NCBI RefSeq assembly: GCF_001194135.2
Contig: NC_068985.1
Coordinates: 52,223,351 to 52,257,515, forward strand
Reading direction: 5' to 3'
Source: Octopus bimaculoides
Taxonomy: Eukaryota
Length of the DNA stretch: 34,165 nucleotides
Both the position numbers and the translations under genes were made by a program. The notes under the pieces are model-generated. The model was not told the origin of the DNA. It ran no database searches and saw only the letters and a program-made list of their open reading frames with translations. Shown piece by piece: positions 1 through 11,810 of this stretch. Numbering within the stretch: position 1 is the stretch's first letter; each line of letters begins with the position of its first letter.

Positions 1-120
1 CCATCTACAAAATCCACTCGCAAGGCTTTGGACGGCCTGAGGCTATAGTAAAAACACTTGCTCAAGATGCCACGCAGTGGGACTGAATCCGGAACAGTGT
101 GGCGGGGAAGCAAGCTTCTT
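1..120 (-). mobile_element. SINE family A head fragment
   Basis: Aligns to 18470-18590 (AAATCCACTC.CAAGGCTTTGG, GCAGTGGGACTGAA, GCAAGCTTCTT). Confidence 0.8.
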
Positions 121-455
121 TATTTCATGATATTGGCTATTACAGCCTTACGCAGAAGGGACAGCACATGGTGGGGACAGAAAAAAAAACAACGAATGGA
201 AAGGGTGAATTAGATCGTTCATTTCTTTTCTCACTATTGTGCACAAATATCGATGATGTAATATTCAACTATGGTAATTAGTAAGCAGTTTTGATTCATC
301 ATTTCGTAGCTTTCAACACTTTAACACAAACGCGCACAAGTACATACGAATAGTACCGGTTTTTTAAATACACCTGTTGCACCTGAAGCACTGGATATAA
401 CCGGGAAACTTGGATGGTAACATACCTTTGAGAGGATTTGATATCCTTCATGTAA

Positions 456-458
<3 letters not shown>

Positions 459-505
<47 letters not shown>

Positions 506-661
506 CTCTCTATCTATCTATCTATCTACATGTATACATATATACAGATATAGACATATATATCTAAATTCATGTATATAAATATATACGACATCTTTTA
601 CGGCGGTACCCCAATATGGCCGAAGCACTCAAATTGAAACTAGTAAAATATATATATGTAT

Positions 662-715
<54 letters not shown>

Positions 716-887
716 NNNNNNNNNNNNNNNNNNNNNNNNNNNNNATATATATGTGTGTGTGTGTGTGATTGTTTGTATATATATATGTAAGAGGTAGAGA
801 GAGGTGCAATAAGAGAGAGATGAAGTGAGAGTAAGAGCGAGTGAGCGAGAGATAGAGAGAGGGAGAGAGAAAGAGAGAGTGAGATGA

Positions 888-925
<38 letters not shown>
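459..925. repeat. Compound microsatellite (TC)n/(TATC)n/(TA)n/(GA)n
   Basis: Directly visible; contains the N-gap 716-744. Confidence 0.95.
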
Positions 926-929
<4 letters not shown>

Positions 930-1939
930 ATAAGTCATAATTTTTCAACTTCATCTCTCAGACTTCGAAATTGATTCGATTATTAACGGCCAATTTGAAA
1001 TATCTTCAGGTCAATGTCTACAGGAAAAAATGTGAAAAGGAAACAGAGGCTTAATGAAATGTTTGCAGTAATCGAGTGAAAGCGAGGAAACTAGATTGTG
1101 GCATTAAACAAGGTGATATAATGGGTCCTAGACATTATCAATTTTGTTAACATTCACACAGCCATCACAACCATTGTTATTGTTGATGTCGTCTTCCAGT
1201 CGCAGATCAAGATCGATCCAGCAAATTTATTTTGAAGTTGTTATATCTGTAACCATCATATAATGTTTCAGACAAACATAGTGTATCTAGGACTGTTATC
1301 CAGCATGTTCTACTTTTATTATCAGTTCTTAAAGATAGTTGCGATTTCTAGCAGATCATGTTACCTCTTGCGAACGCCCTCCTTGTGTCATGGCATTGGT
1401 TATAATAGAGGTGTCGTTGTTGTTACTGTTTAGCCCTAGGCTTGCTATTAACAAGCAAGCCTATGATCAAAGAGCTCCACCCTTGACCTCCCTATTTTTA
1501 GTGAATCCTAGACACTCACTAAATTAGTACTGTGACAGCCCCTTTTCTAAAGATGGTATTATTTTACACTGAGCATTTGTGTGCTGAGGGAGCTGTTGTA
1601 CTCTGCTTTTGAATACAGGAGTCGATGTCTCATCAAGCAGTGAAGTGTTTTGGCCATTTCGAACACGACGCCAGAGCATTCACTGATGTAAGCAACAAAA
1701 CTCCTACACAAAAGATTGAGCTTTGCTGAGTCAGATGTTGCGACTCTGGGCCAAATATTGCGACTCTGTACCAGATGTTTCTACCATCCTAAAAGCTCAG
1801 TCTTGCGGCACCACTCATCGTCTCTTTTAAGGTAGGCCCAGATCAGCCATGATGAGGTCTACATAGGATCATCATTCTATCCGTGGCCTTCACCTCTTTT
1901 AAGGTGTATCTATGATATTATCTAATGTTGTGTGACAGG

Positions 1940-2075
1940 TTTCTACACAATTTCCATCTGCAAATTTCACTCACATGGCTTCCGTGGACCTGAAGCTATA
2001 GTATAAGATATTTGTCCAAAGTGCCGTGCAGTGGGATTAGACCCAAAATCCCGTATGTGCAAAGAAAAGTTGTTA
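1940..2075 (-). mobile_element. Diverged SINE family A head
   Basis: CAAATTTCACTCACATGGCTT...GCTATAGTA...GTGCCGTGCAGTGGGATT matches family A. Confidence 0.65.
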
Positions 2076-2362
2076 ACCATGCAAGAAATCGTTCTCAAAT
2101 TACACTGTACAAGTTTAAAAGAGATTTCTACCATAGTTAAAAATCTACTTTGCAATTACGTGAGTCCGGCTTCAATCCTACGGCAGGGCACAGCACCTTG
2201 GACAAGTTTCTTATTTCACAGCGTCGAGTCCTCTAAAATCATGTAAATGTAATTTAATAGATGTGTAAAAGCATAAGATCCCATTTTCGTTCTTGAGCGG
2301 TAAACTTAAACTGTCGTCTGGGTTAGCACCAACACTTGTTCTATAGGTGCTCTTTTGTATAA

Positions 2363-2726
2363 TCGACTTCTTAATTACTGGCCTTGTGCCAAAATTTAAA
2401 ACTACCGATAAAAAATAAGTACCGGCTGAGCACTGGTGATGAAGTAGTCGACTAACCCTTCCCTCAAAATTTCAGGCCTTGTCTATATATTTGAAAGAAT
2501 TATTATTATAAGAGCTAAGCTTTCTGAATGAGAATAATTNNNNNNNNNNTCGACTTCTTAATTACTGGCCTTGTGCCAAAATTTAAAACTACCGATAAAA
2601 AATAAGTACCGGCTGAGCACTGGTGATGAAGTAGTCGACTAACCCTTCCCTCAAAATTTCAGGCCTTGTCTATATATTTGAAAGAATTATTATTATAAGA
2701 GCTAAGCTTTCTGAATGAGAATAATT
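2363..2726 (+). other. Identical 177-bp duplication across a 10-N gap (probable unmerged contig overlap)
   Basis: 2363-2539 equals 2550-2726, with Ns at 2540-2549. Confidence 0.85.
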
Positions 2727-3007
2727 TCACCCTTTTCTCCAACCAATGTCGTAAATTCTTTAAAAAAAAAAGTCATGATCACTGTCCCTCCTCTTCTAAT
2801 TTAAGCTATTAACAAACAAAAAATATTGAAGTTTCTAAAGTTGCTTCTGTTGTTGTTGTTGTTGTTGTTATTGCTGCTGCTGCTGCTGCTGTTGTTGTTT
2901 AAAACAACTTAATGCGATTTAACGTCGAATTACACTTACAGACAACTTAATAATTTCAAGCACATCAGTTTAGTTAAAGACACGTAAACAGCAGGTCTAG
3001 ACGAACC

Positions 3008-3064
3008 ACTACTACTACTACTACTACTACTACTGCTACTACTGCTGCTGCTGCTGCTGCCGCC

Positions 3065-3139
<75 letters not shown>
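3008..3139. repeat. (CTA)n-(CTG)n-(TTA)n trinucleotide array
   Basis: Directly visible. Confidence 0.95.
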
Positions 3140-3140
3140 C

Positions 3141-3362
3141 GAGGCGGCAAGCTGGCAGAATCGTTAGCACGCCGGGTAAAATGCTTTACACCACTTCGTC
3201 CGTCCTTACGTAATGAGTTCAAATTCCACCGTGGTCGACTTTTGCCTTTCATCCTTTCGGGTTCGATAAAATAAGTACCAGTCTAACACTACGGTTAATG
3301 TAATCGACTTAGCCCCCTCCCCCAAAACCTGCTAACTATTTGTCAAAATTGAAACCATTATT
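3141..3362 (+). mobile_element. tRNA-derived SINE, family B (octopus OR-type by recollection)
   Basis: Head GAGGCGGCAAGCTGGCAGAATCGTTAGC, B-box GAGTTCAAATTCC, central GTCGACTTTTGCCTTTCATCCTTTCGGGTTCGATAAAATAAGTACCAG. Preceded by a long (ATT)n tract. Confidence 0.85.
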
Positions 3363-3537
3363 CTTACAGTTGTCATTGTTGTTGCGTAAAAGGGGACTTA
3401 TAGACGGTGGCGGTGATTTCGCTGATAAAGGGACGATGTTCATGATAATGATGGCACCCAACGTTTCTGATATGATTCATACTTTGTTATGTTGTCGCTG
3501 CTGTTCATTTTTCTAATTTTTGTTATCCTCCTATTCA

Positions 3538-3723
3538 CTCTTCTTCTTCTTCTTCTTCTTCTTCTTCTTCTTCTTCTTCTTCTTCTTCTTCTTCCTTCTC
3601 CTCCTCCTCCTCCTTCTTCCTTATATTCCATTAATACTTCACGCTACCATTACCTAAAACATCGTCCGCTTCACCTCTAAAGCCAGCAGTAGCAGCAGTA
3701 GCAGCAGCACCACCAAAACCACC

Positions 3724-3754
<31 letters not shown>

Positions 3755-3875
3755 CCGCCACCACCACTACCACCACAATCAGCATCATAATCACCACAAC
3801 CAGGTCCATCATCACCACAGCCTGCACTATCCCTATCTTTGCCACCACAACCACTTCCACACCACCATTACCCCC
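3538..3875. repeat. (CTT)n, (CCT)n and degenerate (CAC/CAA/CAG)n arrays
   Basis: Directly visible; the source of the poly-L and poly-R ORF-track entries. Confidence 0.93.
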
Positions 3876-4924
3876 NNNNNNNNNNNNNNNNNNNNNNNNN
3901 NNNNNNNNNNNNNNNNNNNNNNNNNNNNNNNNNNNNNNNNNNNNNNNNNNNNNNNNNNNNNNNNNNNNNNNNNNNNNNNNNNNNNNNNNNNNNNNNNNNN
4001 NNNNNNNNNNNNNNNNNNNNNNNNNNNNNNNNNNNNNNNNNNNNNNNNNNNNNNNNNNNNNNNNNNNNNNNNNNNNNNNNNNNNNNNNNNNNNNNNNNNN
4101 NNNNNNNNNNNNNNNNNNNNNNNNNNNNNNNNNNNNNNNNNNNNNNNNNNNNNNNNNNNNNNNNNNNNNNNNNNNNNNNNNNNNNNNNNNNNNNNNNNNN
4201 NNNNNNNNNNNNNNNNNNNNNNNNNNNNNNNNNNNNNNNNNNNNNNNNNNNNNNNNNNNNNNNNNNNNNNNNNNNNNNNNNNNNNNNNNNNNNNNNNNNN
4301 NNNNNNNNNNNNNNNNNNNNNNNNNNNNNNNNNNNNNNNNNCCCCTCCACCACCGCCGCAACCGCCGATAGCTCTAAACAATTTTTAACAGTTTGAAGAA
4401 ACTCTACTCAAGTGAAATGAAGATGTCACACTCATCTGGAAAGATTTATGTTTAACGCCATTTTTCAGGCCAGAGACCGAAGCTCTGGAGGCGAATAGTT
4501 TTAAATATATTTCATGATTGACTTCTGTATCAGTTGTTCTAGAGCCTAAGTGAAGTTGGAGTCGAAGTTTCGATTCTGAGTTTTGGACGTCTAATGATTG
4601 CTTCTCTAATCAATTTGCATGCTCCAATAGTTTTGCGGTGTTCATATATAAAAGTTACCGTCAACATCATCATCATCATTGTCATTGACGTAGTAGTTGT
4701 GGCCGTCGTCTTGTTATCGTCATCATCATTATCATCATTACTACCACCACCACCACCGTCATCACCACAAACAACAACACTATCATCACCACTACAAGCA
4801 GAGCTCCCAACAGTGTCATCATTATCATCGTCATCGTTGTCGTCGTCATCATCATTCCCATAATCATCTTTACCGCACAACATTTTGTATCTCAGCCTCA
4901 CCTCCTCATCTTTATATAATTTAG

Positions 4925-5110
4925 CTTTTACTTGTCTCAGTCACTAGACTCGGCCATGCTGGGACATGCAATATTTCATTTTTTTAAAGTATGGTACTTA
5001 TTCTATCGGTCTCCTTTTGCCGAACTGGTATACAACTGGGACTTCAGCAAACAAGCACCGGTTCCCAAGTAGTGGTGGGGATCAAATACAACACAAACAC
5101 AGACACACAC
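4925..5110 (-). mobile_element. SINE family A tail fragment
   Basis: TTTTACTTGTCTCAGTCA...GGCCATGCTGG...GTACTTATTCTATCGGTCTC matches 18250-18365. Confidence 0.8.
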
Positions 5111-5132
5111 ACATAAATACGCATACACACAC

Positions 5133-5170
<38 letters not shown>

Positions 5171-5844
5171 ATTTATATAAATATAAATTTTGAATAATTA
5201 TGTTCTCTAACCGGCAGCATACACTGCAGTGAATTATCTTCTGCAGAACTGTTTCCGGAATTTAGCGCGCCAGAGTTGAGGCATTTGAAAATAACCCCAA
5301 TCTAATCGGTAGAACAGTACGCACGTCAAACTTTATGAAGACAATTCATGTATAGGTCTGCAAATTATATTGAATTAGAACGGTCGTACAGACGAGCCAC
5401 GGACGTTTTTTTTTTTTACGTAAATAAATGAATTAATGGCGAAACCCGGTCTACGATTAATTCTTTATTTTGTATATTTTCATTTGTCTTGCCCGCTTAT
5501 GTTCTATTGTTTGCTGATATTTTTTCTGGAGAACATCCTTTTCCTTGTAGCTAGATCGTAGATGATCTTTTTCTAGCATATCGGATGTCCACTTAGTGGT
5601 CATCTCTTCTTATACGCATGTATATATATAAGGTAATGTAATACATATGTATACATATAGATAGATAGATAGATACATACATACATACATACATACATAC
5701 ATGCAGCATATGATTATAGAACGAGCTGTTTTCAGTTTATGTCTATTGCTCAGAAGCTTTGGTCAGACCTGGGATATAATAAATGGCACCTGTCCAAGAT
5801 ACCATGCAGTGGGACGGTACCACATTTATGTATTATGTGAAACC

Positions 5845-5982
5845 TTCTGAGTTCTTTTACAGGGCTTAGAAAAGTTGAAGGACCGCTGCAATAAGTGTGA
5901 GAGGGGAATATGTTAAAGAAAATCATAACTGATCCTCCTGTATTTTCTTCAGCAAAGCTAGGAACTTTTCAACACTACCTCG
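5845..5982 (+). mobile_element. 3' end fragment of a mariner element
   Basis: Encodes QGLEKLKDRCNKC..RGEYV, a mariner C-terminal motif. This is followed by a TIR-like end whose reverse complement is CGAGGTAGTGTTGAAAAGTTCCTAGC. Confidence 0.65.
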
Positions 5983-6302
5983 CGCTCTCTCTCTTTCTCT
6001 CTCTCTCTCCCACTCTCTCTGTATGTGTGTGTGTGGGGGGGTATTTTGGTTGTATATATGCGACTTTAACCTAGTTAAATATGTTTGTGACACATTTCAA
6101 ATTCTAAAGGTACATTCACTGCAGTTACAGTGAAGAATATTTATGTTAAAAGGTGTAAGGACATCATACCTGCCTAGCATTGGTCTCTATCGGGTTCTGG
6201 CTCTTTAGTCTTACTCAATTCGAAACACCGAAGAGAGATAATTATGGGCAGATTTAGACTAAAAATCAGTCAACAGCATTGACTGAGTTGTACTTATATA
6301 TA

Positions 6303-6352
<50 letters not shown>

Positions 6353-6414
6353 TATGTGTGTGTGTGTGTTTGTGTGTGTCTTTGTGTGTGTGCGAGCGTG
6401 TATGCTTCTGCACG

Positions 6415-6606
6415 TGCGCCCACGTGTCTTTGTGCCTGTGTTGTCCTTACTACCGCCTTACAGCCGGTGTAGATGTGTTTACGTCCCCGTAACTTAGCAG
6501 TTCGGTCTAAAAGACCGATAGAATAAGTACTAGGCTTTAAAAAAGTACTGGAGTCGATTAGCTCGATTAAAACTTCTTGAAGGCGGTGCCCCAGCAAAGC
6601 CGCAGC
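6415..6606 (+). mobile_element. SINE family A tail, truncated at its junction with the maT relic
   Basis: GTGTTTACGTCCCCGTAACTTAGC...GACCGATAGAATAAGTACTAGGCTT...GGCGGTGCCCCAGC. Confidence 0.82.
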
Positions 6607-7634
6607 TTAATGTGGAGTGCTCGAGACCCTCGTCTCGAAAATGGAGCAAACAGAAAATCCAACTGGTTGAAGTCGGATCTCTTGAGGGCCACACACCCTT
6701 GCCTATGAACGATGGCATGTTTTACTGAATTGAGATGTTGTGTCTGAGGCTGTGGTATAATGCCGAGTGCTGTTGGAGACTCAAAAGTGCACCTTGAAAG
6801 TGCTCATTCGTCCATGGAAGCATTTCAGCTTCCAGAATGTCGCTAATGTATCGCCGAATGTTAAAATTAACACCCGAGGGCACAGAAACGAGGTGAGACC
6901 TTCCAGTGGCTGTCACAACCGCCCAAACCATAACTGACTGTGGATTTTGACGTCGATTTACGAGTCTACCGTCGATGGTGCCAGATACATTCTAAAGTCG
7001 GTCATTCTGGTGGTTTACTGTCTGTCCGATGTCAAATTTCTTTTCGTCAGTGAATACGAGGTTGGGCAGCGTGCCTTCAGCAATCTGACACAGGATAAGA
7101 CGACCTCTCTCCTGTCTCATGACCTTATAAACATGCGTGAGCTCATGACGGCAGATCATCTTCTAGGGTCGGGTCCTGAGATTCTCTTTCAGCACTCGAT
7201 ACATCGATGTTCTGTTTATTTTTGCTGTGGCAACTAGCTTTCTGATGGAACGACGAGGATTTCGCCGTATCTATTCTCTGGTACTTTTGTTAAGCTGAAG
7301 GGTCCACGCACTTCTTTTTCGGTCACATCCAGATCAACCAGCAGTGAAACCAGTGTCTTGAAATTTCTTGACAATTTTCCAGACTGTTGTTCGCTTAATT
7401 TTAAGCTTTTTTGCTATAGTTGTGTTACTTTCACCTCCTTTGTGGAGGGTTATGATTGTATTTTGGTCTATAACCATTATTTCATTTATAAATCTGAATT
7501 TAATTAGTCTATAACAAACAGAAGACATACATACTAAGCTTTTATAATAATGTACAGTTTTCATGTCTTATCGCATTTATTGATAGTTATTAAGGCCCGA
7601 AACTTCGATTGCCTTAATTCTGGGACATTTTGTG
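6604..7634 (-). mobile_element. Tc1/mariner-superfamily relic, DD37D (maT)-like, 3'-truncated
   Basis: Minus-strand peptides MVIDQNTIITLHKGGESNTTIAKKLKIKRTTVWKIVKKFQDTG (ATG at 7477), LVFTDEKKF, SVMVWAVVTATGRSHLVSVPSGV and DFNQLDF. Terminus-like CACAAAATGTCCCAGAATT with TA at 7635-7636. The other end is missing. Subgroup assignment is from remembered motif similarity. Confidence 0.8.
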
Positions 7635-7644
7635 TATATATATA

Positions 7645-7683
<39 letters not shown>

Positions 7684-8118
7684 CAGCATCACCGCCACCA
7701 CCTTCCTCCCACCATCACCACAACAACAACACCAACGACAATTTGAAAATTATTTTTCCCCAAATCTTCCTGTCTTCTCTCACTTCCACTTCTACGAGAT
7801 TTGTTAAAATGGATATCTGATGGATGTCTTTTGTGGACAACTTTCTTCCGGTCAGCTCATTGATAACAACAGAATAATAACCAAATATAAAAAAGACAAA
7901 CAAACAAACAACTGGGCTATGTTATTAAGATGCAATCAGTCACACGAAACTAATCCATGTCCAAATTGAAGTGGGTAACAATAGCGAGTAAGTGGTGGGA
8001 TTGAGTGGTAAACTCACAGGAGGTTAGTTTTGACTAAGAGCTGAATGGAGTCTACTTCTTCGTGCGTAGGAGTGTATTTATAATTGAGGTGAAATTTTTT
8101 GAACTTGTACTGTCAACA

Positions 8119-8310
8119 GGTGTATGTATGTATGTATGTATGTATGTATGTATGCATGTATGTATGTATGTATGTATGTATGAATGGATAGATGCATGGA
8201 TGGATGGATGGATGGATGGATATATTTATATGTCTATATGTTTAACTTTTTGTGGGTTTTTATAGGCTTATGTATAATTGTAAAAGGTATGTAGGTGTAT
8301 GAGCATGTGG

Positions 8311-8382
<72 letters not shown>

Positions 8383-8413
8383 ATGTATGTATATATGTAT
8401 GTATATATATATG

Positions 8414-8471
<58 letters not shown>

Positions 8472-8475
8472 TATG
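8119..8475. repeat. (TATG)n/(TGGA)n/(TATC)n/(TA)n compound microsatellite
   Basis: Directly visible. Confidence 0.95.
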
Positions 8476-8625
8476 CATATATACGTTTATATATATGTGT
8501 GTGTATGCGTGGGTGTTTGATACATACACACACTCACACACACACATATAAACATAAACACGTACATATAAAATGTATTTATGTACATATAAATATATAT
8601 ATATATATAAGTATATACATATATA

Positions 8626-9897
8626 TTGGGTCATCACATAAATAATACGGTTTTTTTCAACTGCATGAACTAAAAGTCGGAAGTCAACAGGATAAACTAC
8701 CTGCATCAACTTGCTATAAAAGCAGGTAGTAATTTTACCATGTACTTATTCTTAGTGCAAGTTTTGAAGAGTGCTGTTCGATTTTAACAGTTATTGTTTT
8801 GCAGCTACGATGAAAGTGACAAAGGAGTATATTCAGCATATTTTGCTTTACGAGTTCAATAAAGGCAACAACGCAATGGGAAGTGCAAGGAATATTAATG
8901 CAGTATGCAGGGATCCGACAATAAGCGTAAACCATTGTGAACGGTGGTTCCAGAAATTCCGAGCCGGAAACTACAGTCTAGAAGATGTACCTCGTCCTGG
9001 AAGATCTATAGAGCTCGACAAGGACGTCCTGTAAAACCTCGGTGGAACAAAATCCTATCGTAACTGTTGACGAACTAGCAAAGAAGCTTAGATTTGGTCT
9101 TTCAACCATTCATCAACACCTGCGTGCCATGGGCAAAGTCAACAAATTGGGTCGATGGGTTCCTCACAAATTTTCCGAGTCTAATCGCGTGCAGTGAGTG
9201 AATGTGTGCTCTTCTTTGCTCCCACGTCTCACGAATGAACCTTTTTTGGACCGAATAGTGACTGGTGACGAGAAATGGGTTCTCTATAAAAATGTCAAGT
9301 ACCGAAGATAGTGGGTAGGGAAAGGAGAAACAACCGTACCGCAGGCTAAAGAATGTCTTCCTCCACCGTAAGGTGTTGTTATCTGTTTAGTGAGATATGA
9401 AACGTTTTGTGTCCTTTAAACTTTAAAACCCAAACCAAACGATAACAAAGGAGATCTACTGCGAGCAGATTGAGGGGCTAAAGTGACCATCTTTGGCTTC
9501 AAGACGTAAAGTGTTCTTCTATCAGGATAATGCTCGGCTATATACAGCGAGGATGACATTCAAAAGGCTGGAGCAGTTTGAATGGGAAACGATGTCCCAC
9601 CCACCATATTCGCCGCACATTGACCCATCTGGTTATCATTTATTCCGCAGTCTTCAAAATCATTTGGACAGAAAAAATATGAATTCTGTAGAGGAGGTCA
9701 CGACAATGCTGGTGGAGTATTTTTCGTGACGGACAAGTAAATTTTGGAGGAGGGGGTCTTGCAAGTCTACCAGATAGATGGAAGAGCATTGCAGAAAATG
9801 AAGGAAAGTATATTTTAGATTAAAAAGAAACTTTGTTTATCTTAATTTTGAAAAATAAAAGTATAAAAAACACCGCATTATTTATGGGATGACCTAA
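8626..9897 (+). mobile_element. Full-length non-functional mariner (DD34D) DNA transposon, 1272 bp
   Basis: Left TIR TTGGGTCATCACATAAATAATACGGT at 8626. Right TIR ends at 9897 (reverse complement TTAGGTCATCCCATAAATAATGCGGT). TA flanks both ends (8624-8625, 9898-9899). A transposase remnant lies inside. Confidence 0.95.
8810..9823 (+). pseudogene. Mariner transposase pseudogene
   Basis: Starts MKVTKEYIQHILLYEFNKG...RWFQKFRAGNYSLEDVPRPGR (HTH). Retains WVPHKF (WVPHEL motif), VTGDEKW, YQDNARLY and YSPHIDPSGY. The third catalytic D is replaced by G, with 34 residues after the QDNA Asp. Several stops and frameshifts. Confidence 0.93.
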
Positions 9898-10261
9898 TAC
9901 ATTTATATGTGCAGCCGAAATTGCAAAGATAATNNNNNNNNNNNNNNNNNNNNNNNNNNNNNNNNNNNNNNNNNNNNNNNNNNNNNNNNNNNNNNNNNNN
10001 NNNNNNNNNNNNNNNNNNNNNNNNNNNNNNNNNNNNNNNNNNNNNNNNNNNNNNNNNNNNNNNNNNNNNNNNNNNNNNNNNNNNNNNNNNNNNNNNNNNN
10101 NNNNNNNNNNNNNNNNNNNNNNNNNNNNNNNNNNNNNNNNNNNNNNNNNNNNNNNNNNNNNNNNNNNNNNNNNNNNNNNNNNNNNNNNNNNNNNNNNNNN
10201 NNNNNNNNNNNNNNNNNNNNNNNNNNNNNNNNNNNTAAGCAACACGGATTTCAAAGATGAT

Positions 10262-10349
10262 TGCAGTACGCACGTTTCATGCTACTCCATTTATTTAAGT
10301 AATGCGAGCATTACATTAGATGCAATATGAAGAGCAATCTTCAGCTGCA
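10262..10349 (-). ncRNA. Type-I hammerhead ribozyme motif with intact core and long stem II
   Basis: Minus strand reads UGCAG-CUGAAGA-U-UGCUCUUCAU...AUGGAGUAGCA-U-GAAAC-GUGC-GUA-CUGCA. Stem I is 5 bp, stem II about 10 bp with one bulge, and the cleavage triplet is GUA. Confidence 0.75.
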
Positions 10350-10416
10350 TGAAAATGCAGATATTCTGGTGCCTAAACATAAGTACCATATTCAATCTTG
10401 AATCTAAATCTAAACC

Positions 10417-10453
<37 letters not shown>

Positions 10454-11254
10454 AAACACATACACATACACTATGTATGTGAGACCAATAATATATGCAT
10501 ATATACATATACGTGTGTATTTGTATGTGTGTGTGCGTGTTTGTGTACACGGATGTAGGTTTAACGGGCTTATCCTGTTGAGTCCATATTTCAAATTCCT
10601 GTCGATGATCTCCGTGAAATTTTTTAACGAGCATCCTCTCTCCTCACTGTTTCGACCTCAGTTTTCGTTCACAATACGATCACGAACCAGTACCATAATG
10701 CCCAACACTAGCATCACCACCACTACCAACGCCACCGCCATTGCCATCTTCACCACCTCCGCCACCATCACGAACGCCAGCCGTCATCGTCTTCATCCCT
10801 GACATCTCTCTCCAACACCGTAATGACCATCATGACAAATGTTTTTACTCCCCCCCCACCACCACCACCACCACCATCACCACCACCGTCACCTCCGATG
10901 CCTTTCGCTTTATTCAGTTTGTGGAAACAGCAGTTACTGCTTCTTTTGCCCCTTCTTTCCATGAGCAAACGTACCACCTATCTTTATTATTATTCTCCAG
11001 CATCTCAAATCTTCATTTAGCCATAAACACCCCAACCGATGTCCTTTTCTTTTCTCACTGTGATTTTAACAATAATTCGAGGCTCCGGACTTTCTTACAT
11101 CCCAAACTGTCACGTAGTCGTCAACGTCTGTTTCATTGTTTATTTTCTAAAGCGTCTAAATATCTGTGTATGCGTATGTGTGTATGAGTTTGTATGTAAT
11201 GTTATGTTATGTGTGTGTGTTTGTGTCTGTGCGTGTGTATGTGTGTGCTTGAGT

Positions 11255-11810
11255 CCGTGTCCAGAGTGCATTTCTATTTTTCATGGTGACCTATCTGCTG
11301 GGAAGCGAAAACAGTGTAAACGAAAAAGCCGCACGGACTTGCTATAAACTAATCTTACGGAGTTTTATACACCATACAAAAAATGTGGAAAACGATCTGG
11401 TGTGGGTAAAAGATTTTGAAAAAAATAAGAAACAAAAATATGCAAAAATGAAAAGAGAAAAACGGAAAAATAAACACCTCGCGAAAAACAAAAATAAAGT
11501 CATCCCTCTGTTGCTCAACATAAGGTAAGACTTACCTTTCTAAGGCTGGCTAAACTTCACATCTCAGAACTCATCTTCACACAATTGGCCCAGGTAACAC
11601 AAAGATCATTACAGCAGACACACTCATGTGTCATATTTGTAATAAGGCATGTGATTCGATCGATGGTCTAAAAAGGCATTCAAATATCCACAACTCGGAC
11701 AAGACAAACGACACTTTGCTGCTCGAGGTGAGACATATTTGCATTGTTTGTAATGTAAAATTAAAACACCTCTCGGGACTCAAGATCTCATGCACGGAAA
11801 AGCGCAACAA
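11255..11810 (+). mobile_element. RTE-clade LINE 3' fragment (ORF2 C-terminus) with three degenerate C2H2 zinc fingers
   Basis: IFHGDLSAGKRKQCKRKSRTDLL*TNL resembles the RTE motif YGEL..GKR..G.QKKRYKD.LK. Next come DFEKNKKQKYAKMKREKRK and fingers at 11512-11574, 11629-11691 and 11740-~11800. Stops and frameshifts are present. Confidence 0.75.

Noticed and set aside
5315-5326. 12-mer CAGTACGCACGT shared with the 10262 hammerhead
   Set aside because: No CUGANGA or GAAA nearby and the flanks do not align. Several 12-mer matches are expected by chance in 34 kb.
10236-10260. KQHGFQR as a LINE RT motif
   Set aside because: No downstream KAFD or GVPQG motif; the adjacent sequence is better explained by the hammerhead.
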